A DNA stretch of 64,000 nucleotides from Chrysomallon squamiferum (GCA_012295275.1 CM022670.1:6262001-6326000); one strand, 5' to 3'; counted from the first letter of the stretch, positions 12,397 through 31,786 are shown. Program-made: numbers and translations. The notes: generated from the letters alone by a model not told the origin.

Positions 12397-14754
12397 TCCT
12401 ATTATAATTTGGTAAAAAAGAAAAATTATTGAACTTAAATAAATCATTATAGTTGCAATAACAGCTGCATATGGAGAAATACAGATTAGAAGATTTATGA
12501 TAGAATAGCACAGTATATACACTTATGTATTTCAATAAATATTGATCACTATTTATATATGCAGTGACGTACATGTAGTTACGTAGTGCTCCAAAAAAAT
12601 TAGAGGAAAACAAAAGATATCTGGACCCTTCCAAGCTTTACATGAAATATGATTTCAAATACCTGAAACATGATAATCTTGGTCATGGTTGACATGTAAA
12701 GTATCACATTCAGTGGAAACAGCAAGACTAGAATAAACAAGAACTGTTCACATTTCTGCAATACGTTCTGCATGTCACTGTGGTTTATTAAAAATGTAAA
12801 ATTAATAATATATATCTAATAATAATAATGAAATGTTAAAAATAGTCAAAATGCATATATCCACTTCTCTCATATTATTTATTTTTTCTTTTTAAAACCA
12901 AATTTGGTATCAAGGGGAGATAACCTATTCTGAATTAACATTTACAGTATACAAATAAAACGTTAAAAGTATAAATTAACAAGGCCACTGTTTTGTTTTA
13001 ATTATTATTATTATTATTATTATTTAGTTATATATAAATAGGATATATTACACAAAAAAATAAGCAGCTTGAATTCTGAGCTGACATGAAGCAATAATTT
13101 AGTTAAACCTAGTAACAAACAGTGTTTTTTCTACATATAAACTATTACTCATTATTTAAAAAATAAATAAAAATAAAAATAAATAAATAAAAAAATGAAG
13201 AAAAGAACAATCAAATCTTATAATGATAATAATAATTGTTCACTGTAACAATATGAGACCATTTGTTCTCCAACAAAATGAAAGGTACACCACTGTAGCA
13301 AAACTCATAATACTAAAATGAAATAAACTGAATATAACAACAAAAACACATCTTCCCTCAAAATAAAATATGAATATTTCCCACATTGCTTCTACAAACT
13401 AAAAAAGGCAATATATTCTTTTACTTTCATATATATATATATATATATGAAAGCAAAAGAATAAAAAAAAAGAAACGTGTAAAATGAATATATATATATA
13501 TGTATATATTATACACATGCACACACATGCATATATACATACGTCTAACTAGACTAAGATAACCATGGTTATTCTATTACTAACCAGTCAATAATAAAAA
13601 TTATTTAATTGTGAGTGCTGGGTACCATCTCAGATGACCCTTCTAAAACTAAACAAAAACCTACTGTGTATACAGAGTACATAAATAATGTAGAGCTGTC
13701 ATCTCATGAATATCCTACACCTTTATGCATATAAAATATATAAACTCATACACACAGGGTGTGTGTGTTTAATGAAAAGGCATAGCAAGTTTGTCATAAC
13801 TGTAAAGAATGATAATCATACTAGTAGTAGTAACAGTATCTATGAAAGTGAAAAAAATAAAAATAAAAAATAAAATAAAAAAATAAAAAGAAAGAAAAAT
13901 CTTATACACTTTTCTGATTCAGATCTAACTAATCAAGAAAATGTGATTTTTTGTATAAAAATATTTCCTAAAAATGGTATAAAGATGAAAAGTTAAACAC
14001 TAGGCAGTTGTGAGTTACATAGAGAAAAAAAAAAAAAAAACAACAAAGAACAACAATAACAACAAAAAAACTCAAATAAATAATCTTTGTTTTTCAACAC
14101 TATGATTCTGAAACAACATGATCATGAACATGAAAAAAAAAAAAAAGTTTAAAAATACTTTTGTAAAAAATTTGACTATATTGTTATATAAATCATTTAC
14201 ATAACAACGATTAATTAATTAGATGATCAAACAACAAAAGTAACATTAGCTGAAGATAATATAACATTACTAACATAAACTAAAACATAAATAAATAAAG
14301 TAATAAATAATATCTTCTGAGGATTAAGTGATATTAATAATTCAAAATTATCAAAAATAAATTCCACTGCTCAGTGATGACATAATGAAAAATAATCTTG
14401 CAAATGATCAAATAACAAAACATTTGCAAACACATTTTAAAATTAAATAATGTAATTAATTTATTTTGACTCAATTTGATTATGAAGTAATTTCCCAATC
14501 ATTAATATATACCTCTATTAAAATACAAAATAACAGACTTTCTGTATTTAAGTAAGCAAGGAAAAATAAGTAAATAGCATGACTTGGTCATTTGGTTTGA
14601 TTATGTTTATTTATTTGTAACATTTCTGTATATGTCATTCTGTAAGTACCCAGAAAAAAAAAAAATGTATGGATAAAATGTAACTTGCTGCACACAAAAA
14701 TAATTATGTTATTAATGCCACTGCAGACACTTTATGTAATGACATATTGTGTAA

Positions 14755-15090
14755 TAACATTTTCACGTGATAAAGTGATAATGTATTTCAACATATGAAA
14801 AAATGAAATACTTTCCACATTATTAAGTAATGAAGTATTTCTACATTTCAAAAAGTGACATATTTCCATATATTTTAACAAAATGAATAACATGAATGTA
14901 TCAAATAACAAAATATTTCCACAAAACTACGTGATAATATTTCCACATATAAAAAAATGAAACATTTCCCACAGATTTTAGTAATAACATGAAGAAGTTA
15001 TTTCCACATACCAAAAATTTCTTTTTCCGTATTTCAAAGATGGGAAAATTTTCATGACATCAAGAAGTGACATATTTCTATATTTTCAAA
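14755..15090. repeat. Degenerate minisatellite with core atatttccacat
   Basis: Core recurs about 10 times at ~25-35 bp spacing. Confidence 0.65.
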
Positions 15091-16198
15091 TAATGTGTAA
15101 AAAATACTGTATAGCAATAACATGATGATCAAGAAATGGAATAAATAATGTATTTTTTTTTTTTTTTTTTTTTTTTGATGACATATTAATATGTGATTCT
15201 TAGGTAGTAAAAATTTTAATATTTAGATAATAAAGTCATGTAACAATTTATGTCAATTAAAAATTATCAAAATATTTCTTCCTAGTCATAAATTAACTAA
15301 AGTTAACTTGTATATACAAGCATACAAACACACACAAAGTCATTTAACACAAGTGCAAAATAACTTACTCGCCATGATCAAGTAATCTGTATAAAAATAT
15401 AAAAAAGTTTATAGCACACTGCCCTATTCTTTTACAGACATGATTATCTCCTGTGTCAACATTTATAAAAGAACCACACTGCAGATAACATTCAGTCAGT
15501 CACGAACATGTAGAAATAGATTTAACAAAAGAAAAAAAGATAAAATAAGAGAATACTTTGAAAATATCAAATGGAATTCAGTAATCATATCTTAGGCAAA
15601 GGATTTTCACAGAAAATTTAATATCTGTACCAGAGTGTATTTTAAGGTGAATATTAAATAAGATTTCCAAAAATGTCCAAAGTAACTGTCTTCATGATGT
15701 TTCTTTGTCAGCTGGACAATTCACAGCAGATATAAAGAGTAAACCATTTTCACTAACATGACATACTAGTAGTCTATTTAGTTAACTATAGTAGATCTGT
15801 ACAGGTTACTAGTGAAGTGTAAAGTCATATACCTCTAGTTAATTATCAGTAGATATGTCAGAGTTGCCTGCAAGTCTGACAAACACTCTGTCTTTTTCTG
15901 CATGTGTATGTGTGTGAATGAAAGCGATTTGAGTAACTTGAATATAAGTGCAGAACTAAAGACTACATGCACAGTGTACTTGAATGAAGTACAAGACATA
16001 AACTAGTTAATATGCTGACTTGTATGCACAGCCTAAAAACAACCCAGCACATTTGACATGAGTAGTAAAGTAGTCCTATTATAAACGTTTCTGTATTTGT
16101 TACTGAATGTAGTCAGAATGTAACTGAAATCAAATGTGACTGGATACAAATACTTCCACTGTGAGAGATTCTTTATCACAAGCTGTGTGTGGCATGGT

Positions 16199-20806
<4,608 letters not shown>

Positions 20807-21843
20807 GTTCCAACCACTGTAAACACACGTAAACACTGTCATTAAAACACGTAAACAGTGTTATTAAAACACGTAAACACTGTTATTATAACACATGTAA
20901 ATAATGTTATTGAAATATATATATAGTGATTATTTAAACTTTTCAGGTGAACCAAGGGAAACTGTATGATGTACATTGTACAAGGTTAGAACTAAATCTT
21001 GTTTAGTTTTTCAATAGGTTGTGTTTGAGCATGTGATTTTATTTCACACATGACTGAAATATCTGACATATAAACATTTTCTGAAAGCTCAACAAAATGG
21101 CACAAAATGTGGCAGAATAAATCTATGTACAAATATCTAAAAATTGTCTTTGAATTTCACTTAAAAAAAAAAAAAAAATGTATTTTTGTTCTAACCCAGT
21201 ATAGATATTTAATATGAGATAACAAATAAATAAATAAATAAAAATTAAAAAATTAAAAAAAACAATTAAAAAATCCAGTGATCTGAAATATACACTTCAT
21301 GCTTATGCTTATGCAAAAAAAAAAAAAATGTTTGGTTTGTTTTTGAATGACTTTATCTTTAAATGCTACAGCTTGAAGTCTATTTAGCAACTTTTCTAAA
21401 TTTTATCAATATAATTTTAACGTATCGACATCCAAAAGAAAGACAGATGTTAGATATGTGAAGTGTGTTTGTAACAGCATTGCTTGGAATATTGCTGTTA
21501 TTAACAGTTGTATCTGCAATTTAATTACTTCCGGTATCAGATAATATATATGATACAGGTGCATAGAGTTCATTTTTGTACTAATGTGACATTATGGATA
21601 AAACATTAGAGCTACATTATACAAAAAAGCCATATAGAAAGATTCCGAGAAGAATGAATAACATTCCATGATCACATACAATACTTATTAGTTGTGCATT
21701 CTATTTTATTATGTTCTGTGTTATTTGCTTACTGGAGATAAAAACTAGTTGATAAAACCATGTGTATTTTATACACTGCTGCAAATCAATAAAACAACAA
21801 TAGAGATTTTTTCTTTTTGAGAAGTTTAAGTACAAAGCTCATT

Positions 21844-22296
21844 AAAGTGAGAATTTTATTACAAAGTGAATAAAGTGAGAATTTTATTACAAAAGTGTGA
21901 ATTTTATTACAAAGTGAATAAAGTGAGAATTTTATTACAAAAGTGTGAATTTTATTACAAATGTGAATAAAGTGAGAATCTTATTACAAAGGTGAATAAA
22001 GTGAGAATTTTATTACAAAAGTGAATAAAAAGAGAATTTTATTACAAAGGTGAATAAAGTGAGAATTTTATTACAAAAGTGAATAAAGGGAGAATTTTAT
22101 TACAAAAGTAAATAAAGCGAAAATTTTATTACAAAAGTGAATAAAGTGAAAATTTTATTACAAAAGTGAATAAAGTGAGAATTTTATTACAAAAGTGAAT
22201 AAAGTGAAAATTTTATTACAAAAGTGAATAGAGTAAGAATTTTATTACAAAAGTGAATAGAGTGAGAATTTTATTACAAAAGTGAATAGAGTGAGA
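21844..22296. repeat. 29-bp minisatellite (aagtgagaattttattacaaaagtgaata), about 15 copies, in the UGDH 5' intron
   Basis: Direct reading; near-identical units. Confidence 0.95.
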
Positions 22297-24550
22297 TCTG
22301 TGATAACTTTACATCCAGCAACAGATTAGAGAATATTTCATATGATAATGTTTCACTACAATAAACTCGTACTGTGAGCAGCTAGAAAATATATATTTTT
22401 TTATTACATTCAGCTGTTGTCAGGGTGAACACCTGCGTTGGTAACTGTTTAATAGAATCACAGAGGAATATGGAGGCAGATGACTGAAGGAATGCAGGAT
22501 CAGTCCTTACTGGTCCTTCTGTTTGTCAATTTTTTGTTCGAGCCAACATTCTTATCAAACAATTTGGTGATTTTCTGTGTATGGGAAGGTATAAAAAAAA
22601 ATACTTTTCTGCTAATAACCCACTAACTGGCGACATTGGTTTCTGTATCATACATGCAAACTGGGTTTTACAGCTGACAATAACAAATGTCCTTAATCAA
22701 TCTACTTTACATTTTTCTTACTTCAAGTAACTGTTTCATTTAGTTAATCATTAACATACTAACATCAGTCAATCACTATATTTTAAAATAATTTAGTTTT
22801 AGAATCTTACAGCTTTCACCAATTTTAACCACTGTGTTGAAATATCTACACATGAGAGAGAAAAAGAATAACAGATATTTGTAATAATTTATTAATTATG
22901 TTTAAAACAGCATATTTCAAATCAAAATACTTTCTTTTTTGACAGTACAAGTTGAAATTCCTAAAGTAGCCATTCTGAAACCTGGAAAGTCCTATATTTC
23001 AGCCTGAATCTTTCAAATTTCCATACACGACAACAGTACCACTATCTGACATTACTTTGCCAATCTGCTGCTATAAGAGAATGTTGGTATGCAAACTCTG
23101 AACTATTTAGTGGTTGTTTGTACAACTTTAACATGTTCAGTATGCAGTTTATATGTACAGTATATTAAATCTGCAAGGTGCTGACCCCAACAATGCCTAG
23201 TTTGACAATTTCAGCATGTAAAACCTTTAGTTAAACTGTTGTGAATGTACATAATACAAGTACATATTTATAAAGGAAATGAAAAAATAATAATAATTTA
23301 AAAAAACCCACACTTATACACACGCATATATACTCTTTTACATATAAATTGAAAATATAATTTAATGAAGAAAAAAAAAAAAAAAAAGAAAAAAAAACCC
23401 CATTATGAAACATGTCAACATATCAAACTGATTTGAGTCAAGAGATCAGTTTTATCACAAAAAAATAAATCTGTAAATATTAATACAACAGAATGTGAAG
23501 GTAAATCAACTCACACTAACAACTTAATGTTTCACACCATTAAACCACTGTAACAGCTTTTCACATGTTGCAGCTTATTCTAGTACTTTTTAATATGAAT
23601 GGATTTCATGTTATTAACAGTCATTAAATTGTTTTATTATGCTATTAGAATATGATAGTTTTTTATTTATTATTTATTATTTTTATAAATAAAAAAACGT
23701 GTGTGTGTGTTTGTGTGTGTATGACAGTGTGTATGTGTGAGATAACATATGTTTTCAATTATTAAACATGTAAACAAGTGGAGTCTGTTTGCTTTATTTT
23801 ACATAGTTCTTTATTATTCAGATCTGTCAAAATAACAAATAATCTAAATACATTTTCATAAACTTCCAAGTGTTTGTTTTGTTTATGGAGAAAATGTCTT
23901 TCTGACAGAGACAAAATATGAAAATAAACTGTTTACCCAAATAAAAAGATGTTGTTTTCTGAATAACTGGAATTTTTTCATCAATACACAAAACCACCAA
24001 TATCACCAATACAATGACAAAATTAGTTTAAAAAAATAGTAAGAAGAATTAAATAATTAAATTCATTTTAGCAATTATGAATAGTTGTTTTTAAACTGTA
24101 TAACCTTTCAACAATTTAAACATAAAATCTGTTTTAAAAAATCTAAAAATTATTTCAAAATATTACTTTTTAATTAAAAAGGACAAAATTATCTAATCAT
24201 TTGGATATGTGATTTCTTTTTAATTATCAAAACGTTTATCAATCTAATGTAAATGTTAATAAATACCTAACTAAATAAATAAATAAAATTAAACAAAAAA
24301 ACTAACAAAACATCACATATAAATAAATTTTAAAATATATATTTAAAATTATTAAAAAAAACCTCATTAAATAAACATAAACTAAAACAAACCAACAGTT
24401 TAGAAAAATTTTAAAAAAAAAAAAACCAAAACATTCCAGTACCATATGTTTCAAATTATCCTTAAGTTTTTTACATGTACGTTACGTATTTTCTACAAGT
24501 GAATTCTTATCACTCAGAAACTTTAAGATAACCTGTCAGAGATAACCTAC

Positions 24551-24695
24551 CCCAGCCAGTAACCACTGGTCTGTGTTGTCTTAGCAGATCCTCCACTCTC
24601 AGTAAGTTCCTTCATTACCACTCTCTCTCGTAACCACAATAAATACCTCACTACTTCACACTACATTTATATATATATACATATATTAAACTGAA
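24551..24695 (-). other. Candidate alternative non-coding first exon of UGDH
   Basis: Minus-strand donor GGG|gtaggt at 24550 and Inr-like TTCAGTT at ~24689-24695. Inference only. Confidence 0.3.
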
Positions 24696-27496
24696 TTCGA
24701 CAAAACCGTCAATTGTATGTGACAGGCTGTCTACTGTGTGACAAGTGATTGTGAATGAAAAAAGTGGCTATTGTTGATATAAGTATTTTATGACGCAGGT
24801 GAATGCAAATCTGAACACAGCATTTCATGTATCAACCATTTACTAAAGAATAAACACCTGTATCTAATAAACACTGGATGATGCCAGATGAACTTGAAAA
24901 AAAAAAGTTCTTAAGATGTCAAGTTGTTTTCTTTAAAGCACTAATTTCCAAACACAAGTTATAAGGGGAAAAAACAAAAAAACAAACACCCAACAACAAC
25001 GAACCCCCCCCACCCCAAAAAAAAGCAACCCAGATAAATAAATAAAAAAAGAGGTTAAAAAAAATAAAAGAAAACAGACCACACCCACAGATGTGAAGAA
25101 ACGTTAGTACAAAGAAAACAGGGAGTGACAGCAATACTGATGTCACATGGTGTCAGTCACAAGGGCAGGTCCAAGTGGGTTGGGCAAGAGTGGTGGCTGA
25201 AGTGATATTCATTTTATTGTTTTGAGACAGAATGAGTTTTAATTACATATAATGTTATATTTAAAGTTGGTGGTATAAAAAGCATGACAGCCTTTACACA
25301 AGGTGCAGCAAAAACCTGTTAATTGTTTGAAACATTTAGTTGTACAGATGTTAAAATTCAATGATTATTTACAGATTTGGGTTACATTAGCTGTTTCCTG
25401 TCTCTACAAGTTGCCATGGTGATGGTTCCAGTCAATGAAATCTCACCTAACATATGTAGTTTACAAATATCTCACTGGTAGATAATGTAAATTTGTTTGT
25501 TTATGAAATTAAATAAATATTCTTCTAAATATTGATTTATATTTTTATCTCACAACCTAATAAAAGATAGGCTTTTTTTGCTCATATATCTTTCAATTGT
25601 TTATTAATTCATTTTAACAAAACCAACACAATCATAAAATTAAATGAAAAGATATAAATATCAACAGCATTCATTACAAATCTAAAAAACCCTCAAAAAC
25701 ATATAGTTGATTTATGGAAATGAAACTGCTAATAACATTCACAAATTTTTTCCTTAATATATATTTGTAATGGACAACAAAATATTTGATAATTTTCCAT
25801 TATTATTTTTAGAAAAAAAAAAAAAACTAATTAAATCCATAAATTCACGTGCTATATTTTTTCCATTTAAAATAAAATAAAATACCAACTCTATTTTTCA
25901 GTCTAAAAAAAAAAAATTAATATATAAAAAAATTAATTTTGAAGTTTAATGACAAAGCTTTTCTGATGCAATAGCTTACAGTGACTCCTCCCATATTAAA
26001 TTCCTTTTATATTTAGAAGAAACGTGTTTTCAAACAGACAAATTTGTAACACACACGAACAAATGATCAAGTTATCCGAACGCCATAAAAATCCACCCAC
26101 TTAACATAACATGTTGACTCAGCAGATTAAGTCTCAATGAAAAAGAAATGTTTTACACCACAATCTCTTGAATTCTCCTTTGTCAACATTCCAACATGGA
26201 ATCTCTCCATTGAACCTGATTTTATACCAGCAGTTTAGCGTTTACTTTATTGTAACATGACTTTTGTTGTCAGTTTTTGTTAATATTACACAACTCTTGC
26301 TGTCAGTAGCCAGAAGAAATCAATGGATAATTATTATAAAAGTGGCTATCAATTTGTTTACTGTATTTTACCTCTTATATGAAGTGCAAAATGACATGAT
26401 AAAAATAAAAATGGTGAATCTATTATGGACTGAAATGGAGATTCCTATCCACAATAATTCAGTTTTTCAATTTTTAATTTGGGACGTGCATTTACTAAAT
26501 ATTCATTTAATATATTATTTATGTTTCCAAAATGATAGGTATTTTGTAATATTATGTTCTATGATATATTTTATACATGCCATATCAAGCATGCACATAA
26601 ACAGGTTTTTAATACAAAGAATTACTTAAATTTGGCTAATTAAAAGTGAAAGTAGCTTATTTTTTTTCTAGTTAATTTTTTTACCCAGGCTGAACCCTAT
26701 ATTAGAGGGTGACCAAAACACATGAAGAAACATACAAATAACAGAAGGTACATTTTTCAGGTTTTTCATAAACATCACACATGGAAGTGTGAAATTATCC
26801 CTGGATCTCAAATATAAAACAGATTTGTAATTTATTTTAAATTGTTTTGGTTTTTTTGCAATATCTTGGGTTTTTCTTATATATATATGAAAATGGTGAA
26901 AATATCACACTGATGCCTGAGTAAACATGAATTTATTAAACTTTGTTATTAGAAAGAGTTAGCTGTCAGACTATGAAATAATAAGCATATAATTCATATC
27001 CAGAATATCATGGGATAACCAATAAGTGTGTATAGTTTTTATTATTATTTATTTATTTTTAATATTTTAAATTCATTTTAACATTTTGAAACAGTATTTT
27101 CCTATAATATATAATTATCTTAAACAGATTATTTCATACAATGATACATCTAATTTATTAAATATTTAATTGTGATTGTGAATTGTAAAGTTCTAATTAG
27201 ACTAACTAAACTGGATATCTGCCTTCGGATGTCTGATACAGCGATAGATAAATTAATAATTATACTAAAGTTATACTATAAATTAGAGTAATATTAATTA
27301 TTTAATAATAATAATAGTTTAATTATTAACACTTAAAAAGCTAAACTTAAACTTTAGTTATAATCATTTAGGAAATACAGTCGAGATGTAAAATGAGACT
27401 GCCTTTAATTAATTAACCTATATTTACTTATTCAAACAACACAAACAATTATCAATATTATATATTATTATTATAGAATAAAGGTTCATCACTTAC

Positions 27497-27560
27497 CTTC
27501 ACTGAAATCAAAGACACTTTCGTGACCGGAAACAAAATTCGGAGTGACGTTCTCCTCGTG
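27497..27560 (-). other. Candidate non-coding first exon of UGDH
   Basis: Consensus donor AAG|gtaagt at 27496 on the minus strand, at the edge of the CpG island. UGDH coding exon 1 has an acceptor at 20817-20818 only 10 nt before the ATG, so an upstream UTR exon is required. Confidence 0.6.
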
Positions 27561-28057
27561 GACGAGTGTTTTTGGCCAGGGAATAGGGGCGACAGACTAA
27601 ATTAGATAATATTTACATAGGGAACAGCAGCATCGAAATAATAAAAAAATATTTTACATTATTATTACATGGCAACTGAAATACATTTCATTTAATTATC
27701 ATTTTAAAAATCACTCTTTAGTTTTACTTTATTATTATTATAATTTAATTCTGGAATAAAATCACCTGTGCTAGTTTCGTTCATTCTTTTGTTAGAATAT
27801 CCCTCCCATTATGTGAGAACCCCAATGACGTAGGCTCATGAAAGAAAGACTACCTTTTTCTCTTTTTTTTTGTTTGTTGTTGCTCCTTTTGTATTTGAAT
27901 TTTGACTGCGTCACATTTTTTTTTTTGAGTAAATACCTGTTATGAATTTTTATATACAGATAAATAGTGTATACGCCCTTTAGTTGTGAGAATTGTTTGA
28001 CAAAATTATTGCAGTGCTCATAATGTATTGGCGAAAAAACATCAACTTTAGGCAAGC
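27500..28057. promoter_or_regulatory. Bidirectional (head-to-head) CpG-rich promoter of UGDH and EIF2B5
   Basis: Local CpG enrichment flanked by CpG-depleted gene bodies. ETS-like ccggaa (~27526), tgacgt half-CRE sites (~27545, ~27826), ccaat (~27822). About 560 bp between the UGDH UTR-exon donor and the EIF2B5 ATG. Confidence 0.65.
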
Positions 28058-31000
28058 ATGGCGCCGAAAGGGAAAACAAATCGGCGTGAAGATTTAAAAC
28101 AAGAAGATATTATCCAAGCAGTTGTTATAGCAGACAGTTTTAATATTCGGTTTGGTCCAGTAACACGGAAACATCCACGTGTAAATTAATAAATTTACTT
28201 TTGCTTTAAAAAAAATAAATAATTACTGATGTAATCATCGTAAATCAAGATCAACTGATTTAACAGCTGTCTGACACTGACTGTGGCAGTCTGTACTCAG
28301 TCTTACGTATATTTTCTTATTGTTAAGTCTGAAATTGTGTTTACTATTATTGTTTTTTAATCTGTGTTGTCCACATTTTAGATCTATTTCCTATTAGAGA
28401 AAGGTTTACTCAGTATATTTTCAAATTCTACTAATTCTTTTCTTCTGTTGCTAATTCTGATTTTAAAAAGTCATATGAAATCAAGATCAGTTGAGCTTGC
28501 CAAATCAATAAGTTTTTCCTTTTCATGGTCATATTATAAGACTTTTATTCATGATTACTGTTTTAAAAAAAGCCTAATTACGCCATTAAAGCACTGAAAA
28601 AATATAACACAACTTCGACAGTGATAACAAAGAAACAAAAATAAGAACATCTATTAAAGGAAACCAATATGACAAAAAAGTGATAAGAAATTATAAAAAG
28701 ATAGGTTTCCCCTGACATCCTTTGGTATTAAACTGAGGATCAAATTACACATTCACTGGATTTGCAGAGGCCCCATAAAAACTGATAACTTCTTGTTGAT
28801 CAAAATGGAAAATAAACTGATTGATTAGACAGATTTGACAAATGAAAATGGATTTATGCAGTTTTATAAAGCTTTTTTGTATTGGAAGTAGCAATTTAAT
28901 GCATAAATCTTATCAAAATATTGAGTAAAATGTGATATTTTTTCAGGCACTTCTTCCACTGGTCAATGTTCCGCTGTTAGACTACACACTGGAGTTTCTT
29001 GGTGCGTCTGGTGTACAGGAAGTTTTTGTCTTCTGTTGTCACCTCGGAGACCAGATCAGAACGCACATCAAGTTAGTTTGAAACCCCCCAGAAAAACAAC
29101 CAAGATATGACAATAAACAACAATAAAATAACACCATTCTCTTTACACAAAATTATATATCATAAAGTAAAAAACAAAATAATAATAATAAAAACAATTT
29201 AATCAACATATTTTTATGTGAATGGCTGTTAGATATCAGTAGTTCATTTTTTTTTTTTTTTTTTTTTTTTTTTGGAGGTGTTATGAGATAAGAAACAAAC
29301 TGACACCTCCTGATTTTCTCAGTGATAAACAACAAAGTACGTTAAAATCAAATCTTACACACATACACAAGTCATAACAGACTTGCTGAGGATAGTGCAG
29401 AGGGTGCACAAAACTGAAACAAATTTTTAAAATAATTTTAAATATTTGTAATTTTTATAAATTAAGACACTTTAGTTGAGAAATAATTAGGTATGAAATA
29501 AACACTGTTTATTCTGGATATTACAGAAATTCAAAATGGAGTGACAGTGGTTCACCAATGTCAGTGACACCAATTTTGTCTGATGGCTGTGTGTCAGTAG
29601 GTGACGCTCTCAGAGAAATCGATGCCAAGTCACTGATTCGCAGTGATTTTATTCTTGTTGGAGGGGACCTTGTCTCAAACATCAACCTCAAACCGATACT
29701 TGAAAATCACAAGTGAGTGATAGTTATATGCAATCTTTTTATCCTACTTTTTTTGTTGACTTTTTGATATGAAACATAGAATAAATAATTTGCTTTCAAT
29801 AAAATGTTTTTTCACATTTCAGCAGTATAAGTAGATTTTGTTAAAACATTGATTTTATACAGTTTAATTTTATACTTAATGTTTTACACTTATATTAAAC
29901 TGTCGCTGATTTCGAATATGCGGCAGTAAATGTGTAAGTAATTTGAAATGTAGATTTGTCCAAGTGTAATAAATATGCCCATTTTTCTTATTTTGTTTGA
30001 AAGAAAAAGACGAGAAAAAGAAAAATCGTCAGTGATGACGATGATTTACAAAAAGGCACCTCCTGGCCACCACACACGATGTCATGAAGATGACGTCATC
30101 CTTGCTGTAGAGAAACCATCAGGCCAACTAGTTCACTTTCAAAACACTCAACAAGAAAAAACCTGTCACATCCCAGTTGTGAGTTCTGTTTATTTTACTT
30201 ATATAACAATATTTTTTATCTTTATAACAACATTTTACCTGTAAAAAAATGATTTACCTACATAACATATTACATGTATAATATTTCACCTGTATAACAA
30301 AATTGATCATGAATAATATTTTATTTATATAACAACATTTTTACTGTATAACAGTATTTTACTGACATAATGATATTTTACCTGTTTATGTAAAACTGTA
30401 GTATGCTTAACTTGAACTGTATCATGTTAATTTAAATAGTGTTTAAATAAGCTATATTTGAGTTACGGATGTGGAATTAATACAAAACAGAACAACAAAA
30501 AAATCCTAACAATAAACAGAAACTAGAAACACCACAACCCCCAAAACCCCCCTCAAACAATCAAATATTATTTTCTCAATAGTTTTCTTTAACAAAATAT
30601 TTATACAAATAAAACTTTATTTTTCTGAAACTTTAAAGATCTTAAAATCTTTTATATTCTTGAATGTTTTTTCCAACTTGACTTTATCCATAAGAAGAAA
30701 GCAATTATGATCCAGGAAAATTGGCAGCAGATTTATGAAGTACACATACCAGAATGTTTATAAACACATTAATAATTTACTTTACTCCACAGTGTATTTT
30801 TTTAAATCTGAACTAGTTTATTCTGTTTGAAGAATGTTTTTCATAACAAATATTTATTGTGTTTGAGGAGGTATTTTGGTAAATACTAGATATCATTTTA
30901 ATAGGATGTGTTTCTGGAACACCAGGATGTGGAGATACGACATGACCTACTTGACTGTCAGATTTGTATCTGTACCCCACTTGTACCTCAACTCTTCACT

Positions 31001-31755
31001 GACAACTTTGACTACCAGACGAGAGACGACTTCGTTAGAGGATTGCTAATTAATGAAGAGGTCAGAGTCAGACTACATTTTCTGTATTAACAACAGATTT
31101 GTTTATTTTCTACAGCTTGTTAACACACACATGCAGGCACTGTATTATTAAAAAACAGGATCAGGTAGATATTTAATAAACATGTGTGAACATACATATA
31201 CATACACATGACATACACAGAGTAGATATCCACACATGTTTACAAGCACGTAGACACATGTCCAGTATACATTTAAAAATGACAAGCAGTGTAATTAATA
31301 GTAGGACTTATTTTCAGATCCTAGGAAACACTATACACATAGGTGTGGTCACAGATGAATATGCAGCAAGGATATCAAATTTACACATGTATGATTCTGT
31401 AAGGTGAGACATTTGTTTAAATTTTATTATGTAAAATGGTTAAAAAATAACAACACATTTTTGCTGTGTATTTGATTTGTCAGGATTGCACCAAATAAAA
31501 ATAACTATTTAATTTTAATTTTTATTTATCAAAGCAGCATATTACTGCACTGAAATTCTTGTTTGAATGAATAAAAGAGAAAAGTAACATGTTAAATATT
31601 TCTCTTTTGTAGTCGAGATGTTGTCAGTCGCTGGTCATTTCCCTTAGTTCCTGATAACCACATTTCTTCAACTGATAAAGACACACTGATGTATGGACGT
31701 CACAACATTTACCTTAGTAAAGATGTCACCTTGGCTAGGTAAATAGTTTTTAACA

Positions 31756-31786
<31 letters not shown>

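Noticed and set aside
16130-16198. 22 open codons after the UGDH TAG (TMPHTACDKESLTVEVFVSSHI) suggesting stop-codon readthrough
   Set aside because: TAG-A is not a leaky context, there is no recognisable targeting motif, and the length is compatible with chance.
21844-22296. Regular 29-bp array superficially CRISPR-like
   Set aside because: No unique spacers, no cas genes, and it lies in a eukaryotic intron; an ordinary minisatellite.
26264-26629. 121-aa plus-strand ORF inside the UGDH 5' intron
   Set aside because: Non-ATG start, AT-rich intron-like composition, no recognisable domain.
28704-28834. Possible H/ACA snoRNA in EIF2B5 intron 1 (ataaaa H-like box, terminal ACA)
   Set aside because: The first hairpin folds as a multibranch, the second is weak, and such boxes are frequent by chance in AT-rich DNA; would need snoRNA-specific search and expression data.
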